The notes under the pieces were generated by a model, which saw nothing but the letters and a program-made list of their open reading frames with translations, had not been told where the DNA came from and did not search any database. A program made the translations under genes and the position numbers. Below are positions 1 to 9,530 of a stretch of 64,000 nt of DNA, piece after piece (the first letter of the stretch is position 1; each line of letters begins with the position of its first letter). Source of the DNA: Candidatus Kaiserbacteria bacterium. Lineage in GTDB: Bacteria > Patescibacteriota > Minisyncoccia > Phycocordibacterales > Phycocordibacteraceae. The DNA lies in contig JACPGH010000006.1 of the NCBI GenBank assembly GCA_016182485.1, positions 90,461-154,460 of the forward strand, given 5' to 3'.

Positions 1-108
1 CTAATTCCTATAACTTGATTCCGAATCTATTTATTTCCAATTATTCACTATAGGATGGAATTGGAAAATCAACTTGTTTGCTATTTGCGATACAGTCCCT
101 CAATGACT

Positions 109-2268
109 TTACGACAGCGCCCGGCGCTTCCTAGCCTTGCGAACCGGCTTCGTGCCCTCGAGCCGGTAGATCTCGTCGCGGATGAGCGCGGCCGTCTCGA
201 AGTCGAGCTGCTCCACCGCCTCCGCCATTTCCCGCCGCTTGCGCTTGATGAACGCGGTGGGATCGTCTTTATACGCGACCGTGTCGAGCGCGAGCAGCTC
301 GTCTACGGTCTTCTGGTGCTCCGTACGCATAGAAGCGGCGATGTCGCGGATCTCTTTTTGAATGGTCCTCGGCGTGATGCCGTGCTCTTTGTTATATGCC
401 AACTGTTTTTCCCGACGCCGCTGCGTCTCCCCTATCGCCTTCTCGAGCGAGCCGGTCATCACATCGGCATAAAGGATGACGCGCCCGAGCACGTTTCTCG
501 CCGCTCTCCCAATGGTTTGAATGAGCGATGTTTCGCTGCGCAAGAACCCTTCCTTATCCGCATCGAGGATTCCCACGAGCTCCACCTCCGGCAAGTCGAG
601 CCCTTCGCGCAAAAGATTTACGCCGACTAAAATATCGAATTCGCCTTTCCTGAAATTGGTGAGTATGTCTATGCGCTCGATTGTTTTTACGTCCGAATGC
701 AGATATTCGGCCTTCATACCGCGCTGGCGCAAAAATTCCGCTAGATCCTCGGCCATGCGTTTCGTGAGGGTCGTCGCGAGCGCCCTTCCATTCCTACGGA
801 TCACTTTCTCCGCTTCATTGATAAAATCGGCAATTTGCCCCCCGTATTTTCCATTTTCCTGCTGTACCTTAGTATCGCCTATAGGCCACATTAAGGTGCT
901 CCTTGTTTGCACGGAAACCGGATGAACGAGAAGCTCCGGATCCACCAATCCAGTCGGCCGAATAACTTGCTCCACGATTTGTTCGGAGTGTTTTCGCTCA
1001 TACGGTCCCGGGGTCGCGCTCGTGTAAATCGTCTGTCCCACGCGCTCCTCGAATTCCTCGAACGTGAGCGGCCGGTTGTCGCGCGCCGAAGGGAGACGGA
1101 AGCCGTACTGGACGAGGTTATCTTTGCGCGAGCGATCGCCTTCGAACATGCCGCCGATCTGCGGCACGGTTACGTGCGACTCGTCTATCACGGTTAGAAA
1201 GCCCGCGTCCGAGATCGAACCTTGAGAATTCGGATTTAAGGTTCGACCTTGGGTACCGAAAAGTTCAGAATTTTTACGGAAATAGCTCAATAAAGTATAC
1301 GGCGGCTGCCCGGCCTTTCGCCCGTCGAAATGCCGCGAATAATTCTCGATGCCGCTCGTATACCCGAGCTCGCGGATAAGCGCGATGTCGTGGAGCGTCC
1401 GGCGCTTCAAGCGTTCAGCTTCGAGCGGTTTCTCCTCGCGCTTGAATTTCGCGAGCTGTTCCTCGAGCTCGAGCTTTATGTCTTCGATAGCCCGGTTGCG
1501 CTCATCCTCGCTCGTGACGAAATGCTTCGCGGGATATACGAATATCACGCTCGGCTCCTCGAGCTTCGAGCGCGAGACCGGATCGAGTTTGTCAATGCTA
1601 GAGACGGAATCTCCCGCGAAAGCGATACGGTACAGCACCCGCTCGTTGACCGGCATGAATTCGAGCGAGTTCCCGATCGCGCGCAGCTGACCGGGATTCA
1701 GGTCCGCCGTCGTCCGTTCGAAATAGATGCCGATAAGCTTCCGTATTAACTGGCCTCTGGTTTCTGGCCGGCCGGTTTCTAGTTTTACGTGCACTTTTTC
1801 GTATTCTTCCGGCGAACCAAGGCCATAAATCGCTGAGACAGAGGCAACGATAATGACATCGCGGCGCGTTAGAAGCGCTTGCGTCGCGGCGTGGCGCAGG
1901 CGATCTATCTCCTCGTTGATCATCGCCTCTTTCTCGATATAAGTATCCGAATGCGCGATGTAGGCCTCCGGCTGATAGTAATCGTAGTATGAAACGAAAT
2001 AATGCACGGCGTTTTCTGGAAAGAATTCCCGATACTCCTGCGCGAGCTGGGCGGCGAGCGTCTTGTTATGCGCGAGCACCAAGGTCGGCGCATCGCGGCG
2101 CGCGATTACGTTCGCGACGGTATACGTCTTCCCGGTCCCGGTGGCGCCGAAAAGCGTTTGATGCCTGTAGTCCTTGTCGAGGCCTTCGGCGAGCTTCTCG
2201 ATCGCCTGCGGCTGATCGCCCGCCGGCGGATAAGGGGTGTGCAATTTGAAATTAGCCATTGTTGCCAT
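109..2268 (-). CDS. uvrB: Excinuclease ABC subunit B (UvrB)
   Basis: 744-aa ORF. The likely start is the internal MATMANF (ATG at 2266-2268). Walker A GATGTGKT is present, with helicase motifs and a C-terminal UVR domain (ALIRDEIYRLEG). Confidence 0.9.
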   Translation of the reverse strand: MATMANFKLHTPYPPAGDQPQAIEKLAEGLDKDYRHQTLFGATGTGKTYTVANVIARRDAPTLVLAHNKTLAAQLAQEYREFFPENAVHYFVSYYDYYQPEAYIAHSDTYIEKEAMINEEIDRLRHAATQALLTRRDVIIVASVSAIYGLGSPEEYEKVHVKLETGRPETRGQLIRKLIGIYFERTTADLNPGQLRAIGNSLEFMPVNERVLYRIAFAGDSVSSIDKLDPVSRSKLEEPSVIFVYPAKHFVTSEDERNRAIEDIKLELEEQLAKFKREEKPLEAERLKRRTLHDIALIRELGYTSGIENYSRHFDGRKAGQPPYTLLSYFRKNSELFGTQGRTLNPNSQGSISDAGFLTVIDESHVTVPQIGGMFEGDRSRKDNLVQYGFRLPSARDNRPLTFEEFEERVGQTIYTSATPGPYERKHSEQIVEQVIRPTGLVDPELLVHPVSVQTRSTLMWPIGDTKVQQENGKYGGQIADFINEAEKVIRRNGRALATTLTKRMAEDLAEFLRQRGMKAEYLHSDVKTIERIDILTNFRKGEFDILVGVNLLREGLDLPEVELVGILDADKEGFLRSETSLIQTIGRAARNVLGRVILYADVMTGSLEKAIGETQRRREKQLAYNKEHGITPRTIQKEIRDIAASMRTEHQKTVDELLALDTVAYKDDPTAFIKRKRREMAEAVEQLDFETAALIRDEIYRLEGTKPVRKARKRRALS

Positions 2269-3532
2269 AGTAGGTGCGCACGAAATCCTCGCGGAATTCT
2301 TCGAACCGTCCGTCGAAGATCGCCTCCCGAGCTTGTGATACAAGATCCAGGATGAAGCCGAGGTTATGCATCGAGCAGATTATGGCGCCGAGCATTTCAC
2401 CAGAGCGAACGAGGTGCGCGACGTAGGCCTTCGAAAAACTCGATATGTAGGACATCGTAAGTCCATCATCTGATGATGGACTTACGATGTCCAGACTTTC
2501 AGGATCGAGGGATGAAAAATCAGAGCGGTACTTCTCGCTCTTCAAGTGAATGATGCCGCGCCTCGTGTAAATGCTGCCGTGTCGGCCGATGCGGGTCGGC
2601 GCGACACAGTCGAACAGGTCGACTCCGGCGGCGATGCTCGCCAGAATATCGCCCGGCTCGCCGATACCGAGGCCGTGCACCGGCATTGTCTCCGGCAACT
2701 CCTTGAGCATCGCGAGCGCCGATTCAAGCGAATCCTCCCCGTACTTCTTGCTGAAGGAGCCGCCGAGCCCGAAGCCGTCGAATCCCATCTCCGCGATGGT
2801 TCGCGCGCTGACTCGCCGCAAATCGTCGAACTGCCCGCCCTGAGCAATGCCGAAAACAGCTTGCTGGTTTCTGGCGACTAGATTCTGGCGGTGCGCTTTT
2901 AGCGAACGCCCGGCCCATCGATGCGTGCGTTCCATCGCCTCTCTTTGGTATTCATATGTCTCCGTCGGAGCGGTGCATTCATCAAACGCGAAGAATATGT
3001 CTGCTCCGAGCGCGTGCTGGATCTCCACCGACCGCTCGGGCGTGAAGCGGTGGAGCGAGCCGTCGAGATGCGAAGTGAACGAGACGCCCTCGTCATCGAT
3101 TATGGCGAGCTGGCCGTGCTGGCTCGCCACGTGCTCGTCGTAGACGGCGACCTGATCCGTTTTCTCGGATATTTCTCCTTCTACGGTCGAGAACTTCGAC
3201 ACCTTCCGATTGAACGCCGCGCCGAGCGAGAATACTTGAAATCCGCCCGAGTCAGTCACAGTGGGCCCATCCCAATGCATGAATTTCGCGAGACCGCCGG
3301 CCGCCTGAACGATAGCTTCTCCCGGCGAGAGGTACAGGTGATACGTGTTCGCGAGCACCGCTTGCGCCCCGAGTGCCGCCAGCTGCCCGGGCAATATTCC
3401 CTTCACATCCGCCTTGGTCCCGACCGGGACGAAAGCGGGAGTCAGGATCGGCCCGTGCGAAGTCGTGAGAATGCCGGCACGCGCGCCGCTCCGCGGCGCG
3501 CGTGCCTCTATCGTGAACGAAAGCGCGCTCAT
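2252..3532 (-). CDS. tgt: Queuine tRNA-ribosyltransferase (tRNA-guanine transglycosylase) with a C-terminal extension
   Basis: The N-terminus resembles Tgt (FTIEARAPRSGARAGILTTSHGPILTPAFVPVGTKADVKG) over a TIM-barrel fold. The 3' end overlaps the uvrB start by 17 nt. Confidence 0.85.
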   Translation of the reverse strand: MSALSFTIEARAPRSGARAGILTTSHGPILTPAFVPVGTKADVKGILPGQLAALGAQAVLANTYHLYLSPGEAIVQAAGGLAKFMHWDGPTVTDSGGFQVFSLGAAFNRKVSKFSTVEGEISEKTDQVAVYDEHVASQHGQLAIIDDEGVSFTSHLDGSLHRFTPERSVEIQHALGADIFFAFDECTAPTETYEYQREAMERTHRWAGRSLKAHRQNLVARNQQAVFGIAQGGQFDDLRRVSARTIAEMGFDGFGLGGSFSKKYGEDSLESALAMLKELPETMPVHGLGIGEPGDILASIAAGVDLFDCVAPTRIGRHGSIYTRRGIIHLKSEKYRSDFSSLDPESLDIVSPSSDDGLTMSYISSFSKAYVAHLVRSGEMLGAIICSMHNLGFILDLVSQAREAIFDGRFEEFREDFVRTYYGNNG

Positions 3533-3548
3533 CGACCCATGATACCCT

Positions 3549-4289
3549 CTAGGACCCCAGAATGGTCAATTGGGCGAAGATGACGTTATTGACCGTATTC
3601 GATTCGACAACCGCGTTGTCGAAGTTCGCTCGCAGCGTAATGGTCCTACCCGCGCCGGGAATCGGCTGATCGAAGCCCAGAGTGTACTCAATTCTGTCTC
3701 CGGGATTAAGAGATTGCTGCGGCGCGGATTGGAACACGAAATTGGTCTGGGTCGGGATTGTTGCGCTGAAACGCCACGACCCAGTCGAGTTCGTGCCCGC
3801 ATTATGTATCGTGAAGCGCACGGCAGGACGGCCGCCAACCGGAACGGTGGTACTGGCGATAAACGAGTCCGTCGTCGGACCGACCAGGTATCCCACCTCC
3901 TGTATGGTTATGGCGAGATCCGGGAGGCCGTGGAGAACGGGAGTAGTAGTCCCGCTTATCAGCGTATTAGTGCCGGTGCGCGGACCGGCCACATAACCTC
4001 CGCCCCCAAGAGGCGTTTGACGGGGCGGGGTCGAGGTCGCCGTCGAAGTCGCAGAACCGTTGCCTAACCCTGCGCCCGGCGGTGTCGTGGTCGCGACTGT
4101 TCCCGGCGGCGGAGTATCGAGAGACGACCCGAGATAAATGGCGGCCAGTCCCGTGCGGTCCACGATTTCCGGCACGTATCGCGCACCGAGAACAGCGAGC
4201 CATACGCCAGCGCCGACTAAGGAGACGAATCCGACGATCGCCAAGCCGCTCATCACTCCGGGATTCACGCGAATGTTGTTTTGATCCAT
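3549..4289 (-). CDS. Membrane-anchored protein with a CARDB-like (cell-adhesion) beta domain
   Basis: N-terminal TM helix, then a Thr/Pro-rich linker and a C-terminal beta-rich domain (NAGTNSTG...VNNV). It lies 11 nt downstream of the giant surface-protein gene on the same strand. Confidence 0.55.
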   Translation of the reverse strand: MDQNNIRVNPGVMSGLAIVGFVSLVGAGVWLAVLGARYVPEIVDRTGLAAIYLGSSLDTPPPGTVATTTPPGAGLGNGSATSTATSTPPRQTPLGGGGYVAGPRTGTNTLISGTTTPVLHGLPDLAITIQEVGYLVGPTTDSFIASTTVPVGGRPAVRFTIHNAGTNSTGSWRFSATIPTQTNFVFQSAPQQSLNPGDRIEYTLGFDQPIPGAGRTITLRANFDNAVVESNTVNNVIFAQLTILGS

Positions 4290-4300
4290 AAGCCTGTGTA

Positions 4301-7078
4301 TTAATGGTTTACTCTTCCCACAACCGAGAGCGCCCGCACGAGCGCGAGCTTGGCGCCCGTCACGCCGGAGGCGTAACTCGAGTCGATGGCAGTTGTGAGC
4401 GAGGAGATAAGATTCTCAAGGATGGGAGTCGGGAATTGCTGCGCCCTGCGCGCGATGTCAGGATCGCAAGGGGTGCCGTCGATGCGCGCGCGATATGCGT
4501 CGTCTAATAGACAGGCGATCGACGTGAGCAAGTCCTCCGGCGCGCCGCCACCGCGCATATGCTGGCGAAGGCCCGAGAAGACCGCTTCCCTATCGCCTTC
4601 TAGAAGCGAGAGCGCGAAGCCTTTGAGAGATGCGGGGGCCGGGGCCGCGGGAGATGGCTCGGCCGCTTGCATGAGGGGCTCGACGCGCGGCTCCGGAGCA
4701 GGCTCCGCGTACGGGTCGCGCGTAAGGCCCTTGACGATATCCTCTACCGTGAGGGCTCCGTCATTCGCGAACGATTTGAAGCCCTCGTAGGAGGAATATC
4801 CGCGGGAGGTCTCTGGCGTCTCCCTCGACGTAGAGATCGCGGCGGGAGCTGGAGCGGCGGTGGCGGTGGCGGTGGCGGTGGCGGGAACGACGAGTGGTCC
4901 GGGAGTGGTCATGATCATCTCTTTAACACGCTGAATGAATTCCCGCATCTGGCGGTTCACGAACGGGGCGACGTGGAATAGCATCAGATACGCCGCCACG
5001 AGAGCCCAGCCGATGACCGCTAGCCAATACAGTGTTGTTCCCAGAGGGCCGAGATCGAGACCGGTGAAGGGGATCTGCGAGAGAAAGACGAAAGCCAAGG
5101 GCTGCTCTGCCGCCCGCGGAAGCGCGGAAACTACGACAGTCGGCGGCGGCGCAACCGGGGCGCTGGGCGCTCCTGCGCCTCCGCCTGGTTGGGAGAGACC
5201 GACCGCCGCAAAGCATGTGGCCGTCCGGCCGGATGCGTCTCTCGCGGTGCCGGTAAAGGTCGTGCCAGTCGTAATGGGTGGCGTGGTAGTCGAGCCGCTC
5301 TCCACCGGAAACACCGGGCCGATACCCCGGTCGATGGCAAATGCGACCGCGCTTACTGTCGTCCAGAAGAGCCTGGACGTCCCTCCGACATTCACCGTGT
5401 CCGGAGAAGCGGAGAGCGTGCACGCTAGTGCCGGTATAACGACTACGACTGCGGAGCAAGTCACCGAGCCGCCCCTGCCGGTTGCCGTTCCAGTAAATGT
5501 CGTAGTGGCCGTGGGAGAAACGGAAAGCGAGCCGGCCGCGACCGGCGTAACCGAGCCTATTCCGTTGTCGAGGACGAAAGACGTCGCTTCTGTCGACGTC
5601 CAGGAGAGCGTAGAGGAAAGACCTCTTTGAATAGTCGCCGGGGCCGCCGTGAGCGTACAGGTAGGCACCGGGGGAGGCACGACCGATATGGCGGCGGAAC
5701 AATTCACCGAACCGCCCGGACCGGTCGCTGTTCCCGTAAACGTGACGTTGACCGTCGGAGAAACGGAAAGCGAGCCGGCCGCGACCGGCGTTACCGAGCC
5801 GATCCCGTTGTCGATGACGAACGACGTGGCATTTGTCGTTGCCCAAGAAAGGGTTGCCGAGGTCCCCGTCTCGATTGTTGTTGGAGCCGCCGTAAGCGTA
5901 CAGGTAGGCGCCGGCGGAGGAGGGGGCGGCGGCGGCGGAGGCGGGGGTGGAGGAGGAGGGGGCGGCGGCGGAGGGGCGCCTCCATCCGCTTGTACTCCAG
6001 GACCAGCGGGTCCTACGCCTGCGTCTCCGCCGACGCCGCCGGCGTCCCCAGCATCTCCGCCGACACCGCCGGCGTCTCCCGCGTCTCCACCTGCGCCGCC
6101 ACCGTCACCTCCGTCGCCTCCCGCACCTCCACCATCGCCCCCATCCCCGCCGGCACCACCGCCGTCACCGCCGTCACCTCCCGCACCACCGCCGTCGGTT
6201 CCGTAATATCTGATTTGAAATTGAATATGTTCTTTGTCGTCAGCGCCAACATGGCCCAATGGGATCGAGAATGTGTACACCTTATGCTGCCAGGAAACTT
6301 TGTCCGTATACGTGAAGGCGCTCTCCCCCCACGCGGTCTCGCTTCCGTTTATCATGAACGTCTTTACGCCACTATCCGTGACGATGCCGATCTCTGCCCA
6401 ATCTCCTCCCTCGCCGATATCGAGCGTATTGTCGGATGTCCAGTCGAGCGTAATATAGAGATTCTTCTTGTCCGCGCTCACGTGCGCATATCTCACGGCG
6501 AACGGATGGCTAGAGACCGGGATCTCGGCGAAGGTATAAGTACGAGTATCGCCTATGGCGTAATCGAGGAATCCGTTCCTCGGCCATCGATAGGGCTCTC
6601 CTTTAAAATCTTCGGCTACGCCAGTGATCGTGAACGACGCTCCTTTGGCCTTCCATGCGAATTCCAGGCTGCGGTCGCGCGCTTCTATGACGTCATAATC
6701 CGCGCGCGCAAGCTTCTGTATCTGCACGCGGTCCCCCGTCGAGTCTCTCGCGGAAGCGGGAGCCAGTCCGTTCAACGCTACCGTGTCTAGATGCGCCGAC
6801 TGCGTCCCTCCGTTGTGCGTTATCCGTATACGGTCGCTTGACTCTCGCAGCGTGAAAGTTCTCGTAGCGTATCGATCCGGATGCGGGCGACCTGGAAAAG
6901 ATTCGCTTGCCACGAATTCCCAAGAGCCGTTCACGTATGCCTCGATAGTAAATGAATCTGAATCCGCCTGCGCGCTCGGCGTTTGGAAAAGAGAATCGCC
7001 GGATAGCGTAAAACTGCCTCCGAGCGCAAGAAGCATAACTATAACCATTCCTGTTGTATAAATATGCGTCCAGCGCAT
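4301..7078 (-). CDS. Large cell-surface protein: signal peptide, three tandem Ig-like ~70-aa repeats, poly-Pro and Gly-Asp linkers, an IPFTG motif, a single TM helix and a 230-aa cytoplasmic C-terminal domain
   Basis: 925-aa ORF. The signal peptide is MRWTHIYTTGMVIVMLLALGGSFTLSG...AQA. A run of more than 20 prolines is encoded by a GGN tract on the + strand (about 5900-5990), with (GGDGG)n repeats. Three repeats resemble CTLTAAPxTIxxGxSxTLSWxxTxATSFVxDNGIGSVTPVAAGSLSVSPT, matching a ~210-bp DNA tandem repeat at about 5380-5900. The motif LSQIPFTG is followed by the hydrophobic segment LGTTLYWLAVIGWALVAAYLMLF and then NRQMRE. Confidence 0.7.
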   Translation of the reverse strand: MRWTHIYTTGMVIVMLLALGGSFTLSGDSLFQTPSAQADSDSFTIEAYVNGSWEFVASESFPGRPHPDRYATRTFTLRESSDRIRITHNGGTQSAHLDTVALNGLAPASARDSTGDRVQIQKLARADYDVIEARDRSLEFAWKAKGASFTITGVAEDFKGEPYRWPRNGFLDYAIGDTRTYTFAEIPVSSHPFAVRYAHVSADKKNLYITLDWTSDNTLDIGEGGDWAEIGIVTDSGVKTFMINGSETAWGESAFTYTDKVSWQHKVYTFSIPLGHVGADDKEHIQFQIRYYGTDGGGAGGDGGDGGGAGGDGGDGGGAGGDGGDGGGAGGDAGDAGGVGGDAGDAGGVGGDAGVGPAGPGVQADGGAPPPPPPPPPPPPPPPPPPPPPAPTCTLTAAPTTIETGTSATLSWATTNATSFVIDNGIGSVTPVAAGSLSVSPTVNVTFTGTATGPGGSVNCSAAISVVPPPVPTCTLTAAPATIQRGLSSTLSWTSTEATSFVLDNGIGSVTPVAAGSLSVSPTATTTFTGTATGRGGSVTCSAVVVVIPALACTLSASPDTVNVGGTSRLFWTTVSAVAFAIDRGIGPVFPVESGSTTTPPITTGTTFTGTARDASGRTATCFAAVGLSQPGGGAGAPSAPVAPPPTVVVSALPRAAEQPLAFVFLSQIPFTGLDLGPLGTTLYWLAVIGWALVAAYLMLFHVAPFVNRQMREFIQRVKEMIMTTPGPLVVPATATATATAAPAPAAISTSRETPETSRGYSSYEGFKSFANDGALTVEDIVKGLTRDPYAEPAPEPRVEPLMQAAEPSPAAPAPASLKGFALSLLEGDREAVFSGLRQHMRGGGAPEDLLTSIACLLDDAYRARIDGTPCDPDIARRAQQFPTPILENLISSLTTAIDSSYASGVTGAKLALVRALSVVGRVNH

Positions 7079-7120
7079 AGTCAGTTCCTATTTCCGACGC
7101 ACCTCGCAGAGATGCGCCGG

Positions 7121-7164
7121 AAAAGAGAACCGCCGGTGTGCCTAGCGAGCTCGCTAGGCACACC
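7121..7164 (-). terminator. Intrinsic terminator
   Basis: Perfect 30-nt palindrome GGTGTGCCTAGCGAGCTCGCTAGGCACACC (7135-7164). On the minus-strand RNA it is followed by UCUCUUUU. It lies 24 nt downstream of the stop of the 7188..8441 gene. Confidence 0.55.
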
Positions 7165-7187
7165 CAACGATCCGTACTGCGGCAGCG

Positions 7188-8441
7188 TTACGGCATGTCT
7201 TTCCGCCAGTATGCTGCCGCCGCGTGCTTAAGGCACCACAACTTCCCTCCGGCCTTGCCCTCCCACTCGCGTGGCAGGACGCGGATGCGGCGTTCGCCCC
7301 CTGACTCAGCCGGCGATTGGAAGTAGCGGGGAAAGATAATCTCGATTACCTGCCGCTTCTGACTATCTGACAGCGGAATTGTCGCGCGCCCATTTTGCAG
7401 GCTGAGTGTCCCGAGGTCCTGCGCGAGCTGGAGCGTTCCGGGGTGACGAAGGTATACACGTACATTCTCGTTGAACGGCGCACGTGTTTGCACTACTTTG
7501 TCGAGTTGGTCATACAGCGTTCGCGAAACAGCATCTCCCTCGTATGCTGCCAGGATACTCCCCCCATCGCTGTTACGGCCCTTTGCGACGTCGATAAGCG
7601 CCTTGACGCGATCGAGGAGCTCGGGATGCTTCTCGATATCGTCCATTAGAAACGCGTTGACGTCGAGACCGCTCACGATGGGGCAGTCTGCAGTTGAACC
7701 GGGCTCAGGCGAAGGGGCCGGACGCGCGACCTCGGCTGGCGGGGACGGAGGAGCTGGCGGAGGCGGCGTGTAGCGCTGCACCAGATCCATGGTGTAGGTC
7801 CTGACGCAGAGATTGTGGCAGACTGCCGGCTCATACAGTACCGTACCGACGTTGCCCACTCGATGGTGAAACGCGTACGTTACCAGCGACTTCCCGTCCG
7901 CGTGAAGATAGACCGGATTCAGACGCTCGAGCGAGCCCGTACTCGGCCTATACGTCACCTTCTCGACCTGCTTGTAGAGGCCGAACTGCATCCACGTGCA
8001 AGTGTCGCCGACGGCCATCGTCTTGCGGTAGATCTGGAGCGCGCTGGCGTCGATCTGCTCCCGCTCGATCTTGGCCGCAATTTCTCTCCATCCCGGGACT
8101 TGCGCGGCGGAGAGGACTGCCTGGACGTTCTCGATGTACAGACGACTCTTGTCATACCCGAGCCGGCGCGCTTCCGCGAGAACCTTATCCCGCTGCGCAC
8201 CTCTCGGCAGATAGCCGTCGACCGTTGCGAGCGAGACGGTGACCTTGTTGCGCTCCACGAGTATCGATTCGCGAGCTACCCGGTCGATCGGCATTCGCGC
8301 GAGAGCGACGCTTGGGTCTCCGACGAACGGATTCCCGGCAATGTCAGTCCACGCACGGCCGGAGACGGGAGTCTCCTGAGCGAGTGCAGGGCGGAAGGGC
8401 AGCAGTACTAGGAGCAGGACGAAGAGAACGAGTCTGTGCAC
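7188..8441 (-). CDS. Secreted hypothetical protein with a Pro-rich segment
   Basis: The ORF runs to 8516, but AAAGGAGAG lies 5 nt before a GTG at 8439-8441, giving a signal peptide (V/M)HRLVLFVLLLVLLPFRPALAQETP. The segment PPPPAPPSPP sits in the middle. Confidence 0.6.
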   Translation of the reverse strand: MHRLVLFVLLLVLLPFRPALAQETPVSGRAWTDIAGNPFVGDPSVALARMPIDRVARESILVERNKVTVSLATVDGYLPRGAQRDKVLAEARRLGYDKSRLYIENVQAVLSAAQVPGWREIAAKIEREQIDASALQIYRKTMAVGDTCTWMQFGLYKQVEKVTYRPSTGSLERLNPVYLHADGKSLVTYAFHHRVGNVGTVLYEPAVCHNLCVRTYTMDLVQRYTPPPPAPPSPPAEVARPAPSPEPGSTADCPIVSGLDVNAFLMDDIEKHPELLDRVKALIDVAKGRNSDGGSILAAYEGDAVSRTLYDQLDKVVQTRAPFNENVRVYLRHPGTLQLAQDLGTLSLQNGRATIPLSDSQKRQVIEIIFPRYFQSPAESGGERRIRVLPREWEGKAGGKLWCLKHAAAAYWRKDMP

Positions 8442-8715
8442 GGGACTCTCCTTTGGCGCTCTTTTTCGGCGCCAGTTTCTGTTCTGCGCAATTGCATGAA
8501 CAGCTTGCCGAGACACTCGGCTGTGCAGCGGGTACTGCTGGAGCTTGCGGTTGTGCGGGTGCAGGCGGCGTTACAGCAGCCGTTACGACGGGCGGATGCC
8601 GCACATCCCACCACCGCATGAGTCCGCCGCCGGCGAGCATGCCGAGCACGAACGCTCCGACGATTACCGCCAAAACCCCTTTCGAAATTCCGGCGAGAAA
8701 TGCGCCTATACTCAT
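8344..8715 (-). CDS. Small membrane protein (N-terminal TM, Pro/Ala-rich, Cys-rich CSCNC segment)
   Basis: The ATG at 8713-8715 is preceded by a strong SD AGGAGG with a 5-nt spacer. There is one predicted TM helix. The ORF overlaps the downstream secreted-protein gene by about 98 nt in another frame. Confidence 0.45.
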   Translation of the reverse strand: MSIGAFLAGISKGVLAVIVGAFVLGMLAGGGLMRWWDVRHPPVVTAAVTPPAPAQPQAPAVPAAQPSVSASCSCNCAEQKLAPKKSAKGESRAQTRSLRPAPSTAALPPCTRSGDSRLRPCVD

Positions 8716-8799
8716 CGCTACCTCCTGGGTCTAGTGGTGTTGGAAAGAGCAGTCCCTCCCGTCAATTCTCCATTGCGGAGAGACATGCGCCTTCTACCG

Positions 8800-9453
8800 T
8801 TACGTAGAAAGCGCGTGTCTCTCAACAAAATCGGCGACTACTACAAATCGGTCTGTCTTCTTGGCGAACGAGTCGCACGTCGAGAGCGTAAGCACCTGGC
8901 CCGTCACTGAAAGAGGAATTACTCCGTCATTGGCGCTTTGTTTCGTAACGCTGCGCACTTTATATACATAGGCTACGCGAGATGAAGATACGGTTATAGT
9001 GTCTCCCGGCGCGAGTTTCTGGATATCGTTGAATGTCTTATACGCCTGATTCCAGACTACCGGCAGGTAGCTCGAATGCCCGAAAAGAACTACATTGCCC
9101 GTTTCGCCCAACTTCGCGGACGTCGGATATCGGACCGCGCCGGAAAGGAGCGCCTTATCGAGCACTTCGATCTCCGTGGAAGCCGGATTAACCACTTGCG
9201 CGGACATGCCCAGGGCAGGAATTGCTATTCTGACTGGCAACTCCGGAGAGGCGGGAACATCTGCTGTAACCCTTGCAGTGTCAGCAGTGTCTCGGGCGGC
9301 CGCCGGCGCCTCCGGCAAAAGGCCGAGACTACCGAGTATGACACCGGTAGTGAAAAAGACAAGGAGAAAAAGGCCGAGAAAAGGCCATTTCCTCGCCCAC
9401 ACTTTCTGCCCCGCCCTGATCAGGCGGACGGCGACGCGTACCAACGTCTTCAT
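8800..9453 (-). CDS. Sortase (transpeptidase)
   Basis: N-terminal membrane anchor, with a conserved His (VVLFGHSSY), the catalytic TLSTC motif and a downstream conserved Arg (RFVVVAD). Confidence 0.8.
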   Translation of the reverse strand: MKTLVRVAVRLIRAGQKVWARKWPFLGLFLLVFFTTGVILGSLGLLPEAPAAARDTADTARVTADVPASPELPVRIAIPALGMSAQVVNPASTEIEVLDKALLSGAVRYPTSAKLGETGNVVLFGHSSYLPVVWNQAYKTFNDIQKLAPGDTITVSSSRVAYVYKVRSVTKQSANDGVIPLSVTGQVLTLSTCDSFAKKTDRFVVVADFVERHALST

Positions 9454-9492
9454 ATCGTCTTTTTCAGCAATACACTAATATAAAAGCACTGT

Positions 9493-9511
9493 CAATATTT
9501 GACAGTACAAG
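9493..9511. promoter_or_regulatory. 19-bp palindrome ACTGTCAA-TAT-TTGACAGT overlapping a -35-like TTGACA upstream of the sortase gene
   Basis: Perfect 8-bp arms. On the minus strand, TTGACA is followed 17 nt later by TATTGC, 40-58 nt upstream of the sortase ATG. Confidence 0.3.
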
Positions 9512-9530
9512 ACTCTATGTTCTCAGTTGG

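Noticed and set aside
55-2355. Several + strand ORFs (55..630, 521..925, 907..1197, 1330..1749, 2002..2355) inside uvrB
   Set aside because: They are antisense to a confidently identified uvrB. Their Arg/Ala/Leu-rich composition is typical of antisense frames in GC-rich DNA.
4923-6790. Long ORFs overlapping the surface-protein gene (4923..5846 -, 4935..5630 +, 5627..6790 +, 5649..6206 + poly-Gly/PPSPP)
   Set aside because: These are alternative-frame or antisense readings of repetitive GGN/CCN-rich DNA. They are Arg- or Gly-homopolymeric and have no starts with an RBS.
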